DNA of 63,644 nucleotides, the filler included, from Chiloscyllium plagiosum (Eukaryota): the NCBI RefSeq assembly GCF_004010195.1. It is 3 parts of one record of this genome, joined end to end, with 100 filler letters (N's around TTAATTAATTAA, not from the genome) between each part and the next. Parts side by side here need not be neighbours in the genome. Positions count along the whole stretch, not along the records: positions 1 to 28,156 come from NC_057715.1; 2 more parts are not named here. One strand, given 5' to 3'. Below, piece by piece: positions 12,056 through 24,100 of this stretch (position 1 is its first letter; each line of letters opens with the position of its first letter). A program made the translations under genes and the position numbers. A model generated the notes under the pieces. It searched no databases. It was not told where the DNA came from and saw only the letters and a list, made by a program, of their open reading frames with translations.

Positions 12056-13305
12056 TCAATTGATAATATCAGTATCGAAAAAAAATTGTAATTGACTCAA
12101 AAAACATTCAAAACATGAAATTTCTTCAAGGAAGCCTTGTGAAAATAAACATTCCACTTAAATGTTTAACCCATGCTATAAATAAACATTTCTATTCAAT
12201 AAATGATTGGAGCTGTTTACTGAAATGCTCACTTGATAAGCAGCACATTGTGAAAATGATTGTTTGGGAAATCAGTCCACTTCAGCAGGTTAGAGGCTCA
12301 GAAATCTGTGGAAAGTAACTCATTTCCTGCCTTAACAATGTCTGTCCATCATCTACAAGGCACAAGTCAGGAATGTGATGGATTACTCTGCACTTGCCTG
12401 AATTGGTGCAGCTTCAACAGCACTCAAGAAGTTTTACACCATCCAGGACAAGGCAGCCCACTTGATTTCTACCCCAGCCATAACCTTCAACATTCTGCTG
12501 CTGCAAAACCAGGAGGAGCAGCTGTAAAGGTGGTAGAGAGCTTGTAAAGGTGGGAAGGGGAAGAAGCATTGCAAAGTGGGCTGCCAAGGGAAAGGCAGGA
12601 ACTGCAAAGGAGAAAGGAGTTTTGTAAAGGATAGTGGAGGGCTGCAAACCAGGGAGTGGGATTGTAAAAAAGGAAAGGTGAGTTAGGAAGCGACAAAGAT
12701 GAGTGAGGGGCTGCAAAGATGATCAGAGCTAGATATGATTGGGGGAGAGGGCGGCGGCACTGTGACAAAACCATGACAGTGAAGCAGAGAGAGGGTGCAT
12801 TCGAAGAAACTAAGGGATTAACACAATCAAAGGCAGTACTTGAGAGAGGGAGCATCATAAATGATCTGGTTCCTACACCATGGGAATAAGAATACAGTAA
12901 CTAGAAGAGCTCCACTGTTCTAATAGTCCAGCCCAAAACCTCTCAATTTTCAATTCCTCAAAAGTGAACTCAATTTCCTTCCACCATATCTGTGTCCCTG
13001 GGAAATCTAACTCTCTGTCTACCACCATTACGTAATGCCTACTTCTCATTTGCATCAGCAGCAGCCTCTAACCTGCTGAAGTGGACTGATTTCCCAAACA
13101 ATCATTTTCACAATGTGCTGCTTATCAAGTGAGCATTTCAGTAAACAGCTCCAATCGTTTATTGAATAGAAATGTTTATTTATAGCATGGGTTAAACATT
13201 TAAGTGGAATGTTTATTTTCACAAGGCTTCCTTGAAGAAATTTCATGTTTTGAATGTTTTTTGAGTCAATTACAAATTTTTTTCGATACTGATATTATCA
13301 ATTGA
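12056..13305. repeat. 243-bp inverted repeat (arms 12056-12298 and 13063-13305, spacer 764 bp)
   Basis: The same 61-aa peptide appears on opposite strands in the ORF track (12115+ and 13246-). I see only two substitutions between the arms. Confidence 0.95.
12284..12490 (+). mobile_element. Old CR1/L2-group LINE ORF2 fragment
   Basis: tctacaaggcacaagtcaggaatgtgatgg...accatccaggacaaggcagcc encodes YKAQVRNVM...TIQDKAA. Confidence 0.65.
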
Positions 13306-13319
13306 GGCATTCACACAAA

Positions 13320-13630
13320 AATCGCAGTGCAGGAGTGAAGCAGTGCTGCATGGTTGGAAGTGCCATGTTTCAGATTAGACATTAAACTGATGCCCCACCT
13401 CCCGCTCCGACAGCACTATTTTGAAGAGGAGCTGTGATTGCTTCACAATATCCCAGCCATTAAACATAGCTCAACCAAGATCATTAAAAATAAATTATCT
13501 GGAGTTCTCACATTGCTACCTGTGGAAGCTTGTGCAAATTGACAGCTCTGCTTCCTATATTACACCAGTTGCCACATTATAAAGTATCTCATTCCAAGTG
13601 CTTTACAACACCTTAGGTTTGTGATAAGGT
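13320..13630 (+). mobile_element. DeuSINE (SacSINE1-like) fragment
   Basis: Deu-domain-like gtgctgca..ggaagtgcc..tttcagat..acattaaac, gcactattttgaag, cacattgct..tgtgg. Confidence 0.65.
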
Positions 13631-13994
13631 CGTTGGAGGTGCCAGTTCCCCGAACCTGATGGGTCATTGGTCTGAAGAGTTAAACCTGCGTTTTGCTTTC
13701 CTCAAGTACTTCCAAACGTGCTGAATCTTTCCATATTTTCTGTTTTCATTGCTCTCTTCCTTTTTCACTACATCCTGAGTAATGTAGTGAGACTGGCAAG
13801 TTTATTAGGATGAAGAGGTGCATAACTGTTCAAGATGGCTGTGAGCACTGAGCACTGCTGCTTCAGCAAGGAGGTTCACCAGTTGGATCAAGAAGTGAAA
13901 GCACAAAACTGGTCAGAATACCTGGTGCTTAATGATCTCTAAGTGACAGAAAATGCAAATGGTTTAGGGAGTGGTGATTTGACTCATATGTATA

Positions 13995-14560
13995 ACCAAC
14001 AACTTCCATTTATGAAGTGCCCTTGACAAATGAAAAATTTCCAAGGCACTTTATAGGAATATAATCAACTAAAATTTGATAGTGCACATAAAAGGAGCTT
14101 GGTCAAAGTGGAAAGGAATGTCTTAAAGGAGAAAAAGAGAGGCTGAGGGAGGGAATTCAAGAGCTTATAGTCCAGGACAGCTGAAAGAATGAGTCCCAGT
14201 GTTGGGCAAAAGAAATCTGAACAGGAGAAACACAGAGAACTTAGAGAGCTGCAAGACTGGAGATGTTTGCAGGAAAAGGGAGAGGCAGGACGAGGGAGGA
14301 ATTTGAACAAAAAAAAATTATAAGCTTGACAGAAACCATTGATGGTCAGCAAGCACAAAATGGTGGGTAAAGAGGGCCTGGTGAGGGTGAGGATACAGGA
14401 ACCAGAGTCTTGGTTCAACTGAAGTTTACAAAGCATGTAAGGCTGAAGGCCAGACAGAAGAGTACTGGAATAGAGCTAACAAAGGCATGGATTATGCTTT
14501 CAACAATAGGAATTCCCAAGGCAAAAGTGGAGACGGATAATGTGAGATGTGGGATTCTTT
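13995..14560 (-). mobile_element. L2-like 3' region
   Basis: caacttccatttat...gagcttggtcaaag...gggagggaattc, the reverse complement of an L2-type tail. Confidence 0.55.
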
Positions 14561-14941
14561 GAAATGGCAACAGTAAGCATGTAATAACACCACAAGTGTT
14601 AATCTCAGCATGGAAATTATTGCTCGATCCAATTCAGTTGTTAATATAGAACAGTACTAAACCATTGGAAGGCAACAACTATACGATGCTTCTTCAGTTC
14701 TGATAAAGAGTCACAATGTTTCAAAACTTCAACCTCCCTTCCTCTTTCTACAGCTACACCGACAGCATTTCCAACAGTTCATGTTAATTTTTATTTTCTA
14801 GTAGCTGCAGTGTTTTACTTTTAACTCTAAGGAACTATATTTAATAAACCATTCTCTACATAGTATTAAATGGATAACTGAATTTAAATGATAAACAGGG
14901 AAGCACTGTTAAAATTGGTTAATTTAAGACCTTGGTTAGAT

Positions 14942-15040
14942 GAAGCTGATGAACCACCTGATGAAGGAGCAGCGCTCTGAAAGCTAGTGCTTCCAATTAA
15001 ACCTGTTGGACTATAACCTGGTGTTGTGTGATTTTTAACT
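14942..15040 (+). mobile_element. 99-bp solo Penelope family A terminus with 10-bp TSD, inserted in an old CR1 fragment
   Basis: TSD ttggttagat at 14932-14941 and 15041-15050; the sequence matches the PLE-A terminus at ~3905-3995. Confidence 0.85.
14955..14989 (+). ncRNA. Minimal type I hammerhead ribozyme motif (PLE-associated)
   Basis: CAC-CUGAUGA-A-GGAGC(AGC)GCUCU-GAAA-GC-UA-GUG: stem I CAC/GUG, 5-bp stem II, palindromic AGCU stem III, intact core. Confidence 0.75.
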
Positions 15041-16704
15041 TTGGTTAGATAAATATTCGCATATTAAAAATAGTTGCTTTCCTTGATATAAAACGGGTGC
15101 AGAGGACATTTTAAAAAACTACTAGGATTATACCAGAACTGAGAGTTTAAAACTGCCAGGAATGATTGAATAGACAGGCCTTTTCTGCTGAAAAAGAGCA
15201 GCTTGGTTGGGTGGAAATGCATCATCTATAGAAACAATTAAAAGTAGTCAAGCGTTGAGAACGTTAGACATAAAGAAGATGTTTTCACTTTCGGGGAGAA
15301 TGGGAGTGGTTGAAGTGAGTAGATACGATGAACTAAGGGGAAGTCAGATAACTATGTAAGAGGAGAAAAAAACTGAAGATTATTACTTGTTTCTGTACAA
15401 TTCAGACAGAACACAAATCATGATCACAACATTTACTACAATTACAAGATACAAATCATCAGTGCTTCTGCATTGTGGTTAGATGTTTGTGTGGAAGGGG
15501 AAGATCATTATTACAAATTTGAAGGGCAACTTTCTTATGCTGAAAGGGAAGAGGGTCAAATGGAACATGAACGCTGACATGGACCAGTTGGGCCGAAAAG
15601 TCTTTTTCTGTGCTGCAAATTCTATTTAATATAAGTTGCATCAGCACTAATATGGCTGCGACATTAGATCATTTCAATTCAATAGCAACTCACAAAAAAT
15701 ACCAGAATATCAATGTTTTATATGACCTGCCTGTTATCAGTCAAAACAGTTACGGTTCTGTGTGGGCGATGCAAATCATTGCCACGTGCAAAATATCAGC
15801 CTGGTTTAAAAGAAGATGTGGGAGGGTGATTGTACTGGCCTGTGACAAGGAACTAGTTGGTGAAAGTGGAAAGAGTGAACTCAGAAATGCTATGAAAATT
15901 CCAAGATTTACTTTAAATATGACATAATTTCTGAGCTGACCTTAGCGAAGAAAATTATAAAATAAAATGAATTATCTCTCGAGCATGACTTTCCTAAAGA
16001 TCATTTCAATTCATGGTTTGAAATCATAACATCAGTACATATTGTGTTCTTTCTTTTAAAAATGTTCATCTAAAATGAGGGTCACGAATATATGATAGTC
16101 ATTCATAAATTTAACAACAAATTCGGGAGAAATCTTTTTTTCTGCCAGAGAGTAGTGAAAATTTGGAACTCACTACCACATGGCACAGTGGCTGAGAATA
16201 GTATAAGGCAAAACTACATAAACACATGCAGCAGTTCAAGAAAGCAGCTCACTGCCATTTTCTCAAGGGCAATTCCATATGGACAATAGATGCTGGACTT
16301 GCTAGCAGTGTGCTTTAATTAGTGAACAAATATTTAAACTTTTAAACACTCAAACAAAATACTGCACGTGCTGGAAATCTGAAGAATCATACTGGACTCA
16401 AAACGTTACTTCAGAGATGCTGCCAACTTGCTGAGTTCCGATAACACTTCCTGTTGTTCTTACAAATTTTTAAAAATGAAGAAGCTAGATCTTGGCCTGA
16501 TAGAGATAGGAATTGGGTGATACATTGACAGGGTAGATAAGGTAGAGTTGGAAGAAGTTCATATAAATTAGTTAAGACCTAAAATTGTTTTGCAAATTTC
16601 CTCTCTATCGTCAGTTCATGATTATGGGATAAGAATACAAATGCCATGAAGGGTAGAGAATAAAAGTTGCAACTTAGATCATGCACTATCAAAGAAGTCA
16701 TTAC

Positions 16705-16950
16705 TTGCCACCGATGTCTCCTGTTGTTCTGGTTAAGCTGAGCCAGCATGATTTGCTGATCCAACATTTCCATCCTCTGCTGTCTCTGAATTTCCAGCGT
16801 TGCACCCATTCCAATGGGAGCCTCGTCAGTGGGATCAGCAGATGAGAAGAGTGGTTCAAGAATAAACGAGGCACATCTGGTCACCCACTTCGGTACACAA
16901 AGTAATCGCTGTACCTTCAGCACATTGTAGTGGTAAACAATTCCGGAAAG
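16705..16950 (-). CDS. UBAC2: Internal coding exon of UBA domain-containing protein 2 (equivalent to human exon 7), phase 0/0
   Basis: Translates without stops to LSGIVYHYNVLKVQRLLCVPKWVTRCASFILEPLFSSADPTDEAPIGMGATLEIQRQQRMEMLDQQIMLAQLNQNNRRHRWQ (82 aa). This closely matches human UBAC2 as I recall it (MSGLCY...LEPIFSSSEPTSEARIGMGATLDIQRQQRMELLDRQ). Acceptor tctttctacag|CTT, donor CAA|gtaatg. Confidence 0.93.
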
Positions 16951-19849
16951 CTGTAGAAAGAGTGTATGAAATGGTCATCAATGGATAGTAAACATTCAAA
17001 CATTAGATCTATGGCAACAGCACATAACAACTATACTGTTCTCAGCAATAGCCTTAGGTTACAATAGTTGCAGACAATTGGGCTCTGACCTTAACTGAGG
17101 CAAGATTTCCAAACAATAAAGGAGTGAAGCTCTGGTTGAAAAGTCCACAAATCTGTGGACATTTCTGCATGCTTTTCTTTCTACCAGTACTCCTTGTCAG
17201 AAGCCGGCCTGGTTATCAAGATATGGGATAGTTTTATAGAGTCTGGAGCTGATTGTGGGGATTTGGAGAGAAACCCAGGTCAAGAAATAGGGAATCAGTG
17301 ATCATGGGAAGTGGTGCAATTGGACTGGGGAAGCCATGAGTAATTGGGATGAAAGTCTTCTGCTTAATTTGGCCCACAAACAGTGTTGGAAAAGGAATTC
17401 CTTCCTCCATGAAACAGGAATCCACTGTCTTTAAATGCTGTGCTCCATGGCCCAAGGTACAGACAGGCCAGAGCTAAACTTGGAAGAGAGTTGAACTCTG
17501 AGACAAACTATCTTATTAAATATTTAAACCTGACAGCAGATTGCCTGCCCATCTCATCTCAAACTCAATATGGGCAGTTTCTAAGTTGATTTGTGTAAGA
17601 ATTGAGGTTTTTAAAAACTGCTGAAATGTTTTAAATTGTTGTAACCCATTTGACCCAAAGTCACTCATTCTGGAGATTAAAATTATAGCATCAGAAACTT
17701 CTACCGCAACTATAAACCCTTAATACTTGCTTGAACAGAAAGAAGCCAACTGAAGTTACTGTTGCCATGAGTTTACTTTTTAATCTTTTTCTGTACTGGC
17801 ACTCTGGAGTTATTACAGATATTAGGTACATATCTTTTGTTCAAAGGGATATAGAACTTTGTTCAATATATCTTTAAAAAAAATGTCTCAGTGCAATAAA
17901 AATGAATGATCAGCAAATTGTGAAATTATATTCTGTTTCTTTCATGTCCCACTTGATAAATCAGCTATAGCTGGCTTAGTTCTAGGTAAAGGCTCCACTG
18001 TTCCAGCAGGCAATATGGATGTTCCTGAAAGCTTTGAATTTGGTCCTTTGTCATGCCAGAGGACCATTTGCCCTTTCCACTGTTTCCATATTAAGAGAAT
18101 GTTCCAGAACAATCTTGGATGGGGGGTAATGGTAAATGATTATAGGTGTGCATCAGGTGGAGCATTTTCACAGAAGGAATAAGAATGTTATCTGCTCTGT
18201 GGAAAAGTAAGACTCGAAATGAAACTAAGGGGATTTGGCAGTACAAATTTATCAAGCATTACATGTAGTAATGTGGCTTGACAAAGCCAACAAATATAAC
18301 AAACAAAGCTTTGAGGTTCATTTCTGGAGGAATGTAGTTTAGAAGCATTGAAATTGTGATAAATTACATATAGGACCTTTGTTAGATCATAGTCAATGTG
18401 CTGTACCAGTTCTGGTGTCTACATTAGTAAAAGGATAGACAGTAAGACTCTTTTTATCTGGCACCCACCAACTGAAATCTCCAATATCTCCCCCACCTCT
18501 CAAGACACTACCGTAACTAGGTAACACACCAAGACTATCAGTCTGCAGTGACTGTAAAAGAACAAGTTGAAGTTTTAGATATAGTTTCCTCAATATTTAC
18601 AACAGTGAAGAGTCAAAGGTGGAGATGAGGCTCCAGGCCTTTGCAGGTTTACAGTATATGTTAAGTCAGGTTTCAATTCAATACCTATTATTGCTGTTAA
18701 TTTGTAGGAGCAAATGACTGCAGCTGGTGGAATCTAAAAACAATAAATGCCGGAGATCTCAGCAGGTCAGACAGCATCCATGGAGAGGCCGCAAGCTAAC
18801 GTTTCAAGTCTAGATGGCTCTTTAGATTTACTAACTCTGCCTGATCGTGATTCATGGTACACAATACAAATTTTAATATATAAAGGATCAGTCTCAAGTT
18901 GGCAGTAGGGAGGTTTTAGAGGCAATACTCCAGGGCAAAATTAAAGTCAGTACAGATTTAGTAACCAAATGGTGTACAACTAACTTGATGAAGGAAGTTG
19001 ACAAATGTGTATATATAATGTTGTGCATTTTGAATGTCAAAACACATTTGATGAAGTGCCACATAATCGATTTGTTAATAAAATTAATGCCGATAGGATT
19101 GACTGGCATGGTAATGCAGTTACTGATGCTGGCCAGAGTACAGAAAGCTGAGAGTTGGTTGTTTCTCAGAGGTAACGGAGGTTATAGTGCAGTGTTCCCC
19201 GGGTATCGGTATCAGGACCACTTTTCTTTTTGATATATGGTTGTGACCTGGTTTGTAGATGACAGAAACTAAGAATTCTTTTAAATAATAAGAATAGTAA
19301 CGGTGGTACTTTCTCAGTTGATAACTCTTAGTAACTTGTGGTATTTACCACCTCTATCAGCATGTGGTTCTGGATAAGGGTTGTTTGAGGTAGCTTGCTG
19401 CCACTAATCCTGCGCTAACTTTGCAGTAAGTTGTTGTGATCTAGAATGTATTGTCAAAAAGGGTAGTAGTAGCAGATTCAAGTATAACTTTTAAAAAGGA
19501 ATTTTATAAATACTGGAAGGGAAAAACAGTGCTATGGGGAAGAGCAAGAGAGTGGAATTTACTGCATGAAAAACCCTCTTGACATTGCTTTGGTTCATGG
19601 TTAGCCAACAATTTCAGCGAGGAAGAGGAAACATCACGGACATCCCTGTCTTCAATCATGTAAACGTCCGGCGCACAAGAATAAAACATACGGCTGACGA
19701 TGCAAGCACCTTAAATCAAAAGTGTGAACAATTCCATTCAAATCTCTTCCCAAAATTCTCATTAAGACTTGTCCAAGCAATTCACTTAATTCTATATAAC
19801 ACATTAATTTGCAGAGAACATCACATACATCCCAGCTGTAGTACCACTG

Positions 19850-20345
19850 CTCAACAGTACTCCCGTCTCAGTTCATCTAGTCCTGAAACTCTCATCCATG
19901 ACTTTAGTCTTGACTGTTACAATTCAATGCTTACTGCTGCAGCACATTTTACTGTTCATAAACTTGAGTCATCCAAAACTTTGTTGCCTGTGTCTTAACT
20001 TGCATCAAGATCTGTAGAACTGTCATTCCAGTGTTTGCTGAACCACACTGGCTCCCAGTCAGGCAACACTTTGATTTTAAAAGCAGTATCCTCAGTTTCA
20101 AAATCTTCCAAAGCCTTACCTTTGCAATTTCCTCCAGTTTCACAATGCTGCAAGATATCTGTACTTCTCAAATCGGGCCTCTTGAGCATTCCTGATTTTA
20201 ATTGCTGCGTCATAGGTCACTGGGCTATCAATTATCTAGGCCCCACACTTTGGAATGCCCTCACTGAATTTCTCTGGCTCTCTACCTTGCTATCTCTAGG
20301 ATAGTCCTTAAAACCTCTCTCTTTGACCAAGCTTGGCCATCTGCA
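19850..20345 (+). mobile_element. L2 LINE 3' fragment
   Basis: ETLIH..LDCYNSML, cactggctccc (HWLP) and ctctttgaccaagct tail. Confidence 0.7.
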
Positions 20346-20371
20346 CCATTTGTTTTTTTCTATTCTTCTCA

Positions 20372-20705
20372 TAACATGTGCCCATCACTAATAAGGCTGG
20401 CATTTGTTGTCCATCACAAATTAAACTTGCACTAAATGGTTTGTTTGTTGGGTCATTTCAGAGGGAAATTAAGAGTTAATTACATTTAAATGGCTTTGGA
20501 GTCACATAGAGATCAGGCCTGATAAGGTTGACAGATTTCCTTCCTTCGAGGATAAAAGTAAACCAGAAGATTTTTTAAAACAATCCATGAACTTTCATAG
20601 CCACTACTATTAAGAGTACCTTTCAATTCCAGCTTAATTATTTTTATCCACATCCCCAGAGGATTAGCCTACATCTCTGGATTACTGTTCCAGAGACGCT
20701 ACTCC
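20372..20705 (-). mobile_element. tRNA-derived SINE (same family as 20850, 34660 and 62115)
   Basis: ggagtcacat...cagatttccttcc...ctggattact core. Confidence 0.6.
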
Positions 20706-20849
20706 ACAATCCTTTTGTGATTTGGTGTTATTGTTATACTTTGCTTAATAGCACACTGTGCAGTGCCTTGGGACATTTAATTACATTAAAGATGCCAATT
20801 CTGGTGTGTAAGTAGACATCCTCAGTGGATTAATTATACATCTAAGGGG

Positions 20850-21070
20850 AGGCATTGACCTACTGGTGTTATCACCAGACTACTAATCTAGAGCTAATGT
20901 TCTGGGGACTTGGGTCAAATCCCACCATGGCAGATAGTGGGGAATTTGAATTTGAAGTTAAGACTCTATTGATGAAAAAAATCTATTTGATAACATCCTA
21001 ACGTTCAGGAAACGAAGTTTGTTATGCTCTTCTAGTTTGGCCTAAGCAATGTGGTTGACTCTGAACTGCT
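20850..21070 (+). mobile_element. tRNA-derived SINE
   Basis: ggggacttgggtcaaatcccaccatggcagat head; gcaatgtggttgactct. Confidence 0.6.
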
Positions 21071-21199
21071 GTTTTAAAATACCAAACAAGACTTAACAAA
21101 AAGTCTTAACAAAATTGAAACCAGAAAGACCACCTGGTATCTGGGAACTGGGCCGGATGATCCTTTATCCCTTTCACTATCATGACAGATTACCTGAAG

Positions 21200-24100
21200 G
21201 TGCTGATAAGGTGTGCTTCGCTTTTTAATCGACGGCAGTTGAGAGTGGCAGGAGTGACAGCGAGGACCAGAGGGCCAACGGGAAGGTGAAATTTTAAAAG
21301 ATATAAAAGCTTTCTTCAGGAGTTCAGCGTTCTTCGCTTTTTGTTTTGGTGGAGGTTGGGGTGGGGAGGAGCGGCAGCAAGGACCAGAGGCCTGATGGGA
21401 AGGTAAAATTTTAAAAGATAGAAAGGTTCACCTCGTGTATAAGCAGAGCGCACACTGAGCAGGAGCAGACAAGGGACTGCTGGATAAATGAGGCTTCATA
21501 TTTGGGTGGATGCTTTACCCAAAACACTACTCAGGTAGTGTCTCCCACCCGCCCTCCTCCTCTAACCAACAAAAAGGTTCTGTGTGCCAATTAGTAAGGT
21601 GATTGGTTAGTTTATTTTAGTTTTTAATTTTTTCAGTAGTCTGTTGGGAATTTAGAATAATGGGAATAGAGGTTAGGGCAGTTGAATGTTCCTCCTGCAG
21701 AATGTGGGAGGTAAGGGTCACCAGTAGTGTCCCTGCTGACTGCATCTGTGGGAAGTGCACCCAACTCCAGCTCCTTGAAAACCGCGTTAGGGAACTGGAG
21801 CTGGATGAACTTCGGATCATTCAGGAGGTGGAGGGGGTTATTGAGAGAAGTTACAGGGAGGTAATCACACCTCAGGTAAAAGAAGAAGGTAGATGGGTAA
21901 CCATCAGGGTACGGAAAGGGAATCGGCAGGCAGTGCAGGGATCCCCTGTGGTCATTCCCTTCAACAATAAGTATACCGCTTTGGATATTGTTTGGGGAGA
22001 CAACTTACCAGGGGTCAGCAAAGGGGCATAGGTCTCTGGCACAGAGTCTGCCCCTGTCGCTCAGAAAGGAAGGGGGAAGAGGAGCAAAGCATTAGTCATT
22101 GGGGACTTCATAGTTAGGGGGACAGATAGGAGGTTCTGTGGGAATGAGAGGAGACTCACAGTTGGTGTGTTGTCTCTCAGGTGCCAGGGTTCATGATGTC
22201 TCTGATCGTGTTTTCAGAATCCTTGAGGGGGAGGGGCGCAGCCCCAAGTCCACATAGGCACCAACAACAAAGGTAGGAAGAGAAATGGGAATTTAAAGCA
22301 AAAAGTTCAGGGAGCTAGGGTGGAAGGTTAGAGCTAGAACAAACAGAGTTGCTATCTCCGGTTTGTTGCCCGTGCCACGTGCTAGTAAAGTGAGGAGTAG
22401 TGAGGGAAAGGGGTTGAACATGTGGTTACAGGGGTGATGCAGGAGGGACGGTTTTGGATTCCTGGATAATTGGGGCTCTTTCTGGGGTAGGTTGGACCTC
22501 TACAAACAGGATGGTCTTCATCTATACCAGAGGGGTACCAATATCCTGTTGGGGGAGGGTGGAATTTGTTAATGCTCTTCAGGTGGGTTTAAACTCATTC
22601 AGCAGGGACATAGGAATTGAAAAGAGTAGTGAAGTCAGAACTAAGATTTCAAGATTGCAAGAAAGCACCAGCTGGCAAGAAGTTGGTTTCAAGTTTGTCT
22701 ACTTCAACGCCAGGAACATCTGGAATAAGGTGGGTGAACTTGGAGCATGGCTTGGTACCTGGGATTTCAATGTTGTGGCCATGTTAGAGACAGGGGTAGA
22801 GCAGGGACAGAAATGGTTATTGCAGGTTCTGGGATTTAGATGTTTCAGTAAGAACAGAGAAAATGGTAAAACAGGGGGTAGTATGGCACTATTAGTCAAT
22901 GACAGTATTACGATTGCAGAAAGGATGTTTGAGTACTCTATTGAGGTGGAAAGGACAGGTTACCTGTTGGGAGTTTTCTATAGGCCTCCAAATAGTTCCA
23001 GAGATGTAGAGGAAAGGATAGCAAAGATGAGAGTGACAGAATAGTTGTTATGGGGCACTTTAACTTTCCAATGGTACTGGGAGTACTATAATTCAAGTAC
23101 TTTAGATGGGTCAGTTTTTGTCCAATGTATACAGGAGGGTTTCCTGACACAGTATATAGACAGGCCAACAAGGGGGAGGCCACATTACATTTGGTACTGG
23201 GTAATGAACCCAGCCAAGTGTTAGATTCGGAGGTAGATGAGCACTTTGGTGAGAGTGGCCATAATTCAGTTATGTTTACTTTAGTGGTAGAAAGGGATAG
23301 GTATATACTGCAGGGCAAGAGTTATAGCTGGAGGAAAGGCAATTACGATGCAATTCGGCAAGATTTAGGATGCATAGGATAAGGACGGAAATTGAAGGGA
23401 ATGGGCACAGCTGAAATGTGGAGCTTATTCAAGGACCAGCTACAGCAGGTCCTTTATAAGTATGTACCTGTCAGGCAGGGAAGAAGTTGTCAAGCGCGGG
23501 ACCCGTGGTTTACTAAGGAAGTTGAATCTCTCTTCAAGAGGAAGAAGTAGTCCTATGTTAGGATGAGATGTGATGGCTCAGTTAGGGCGCTTGAGAGTTA
23601 CAGGTTAGCCAGGAAAGACCAAAAGAGAGAGCTAAGAAGAGCCAGGAGGGGACAAGAGAAGTCACTTGCGGATAGGATCATGGCAAACCCTAAGGCTTTC
23701 ACAGCTATATCAGGAATAAAAGAATGATTACAGTAAGATTAGGGCCAATCAAGCATAGTAGTGAAAAGTTGTGCGTGGAGTCAGAGGAGATAGGGGAAGT
23801 GCGAAATTAATACTTTTTGTCAGTATTCACACTGGAAAAAGACAATGTGGTCAAGGAGAATACAGAGATACAGACTACTAGACTAGATGGGATTGAGGTG
23901 CATAAGGAGGAGGCGTTAACAATTCTGGAAAACATAAAAATAGATAAGGCCCCGGGCCTGATCAGATATAGTCATGAGTGTGGTGCTGGAAAAGCACAGC
24001 AGGTCAGGCAGCACCCGAGGAGGTGAGAGTGCGATAGGTGGATGGAGGTGGGGATAATGGTGATAGATCAGACGGGATAATTCCTCCATCACATCTTTTC

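Noticed and set aside
12115..12318. Duplicated small ORF MKFLQGSLVK... as a gene pair
   Set aside because: It is AT-rich with no recognisable homology, and the identity is explained by the inverted duplication.
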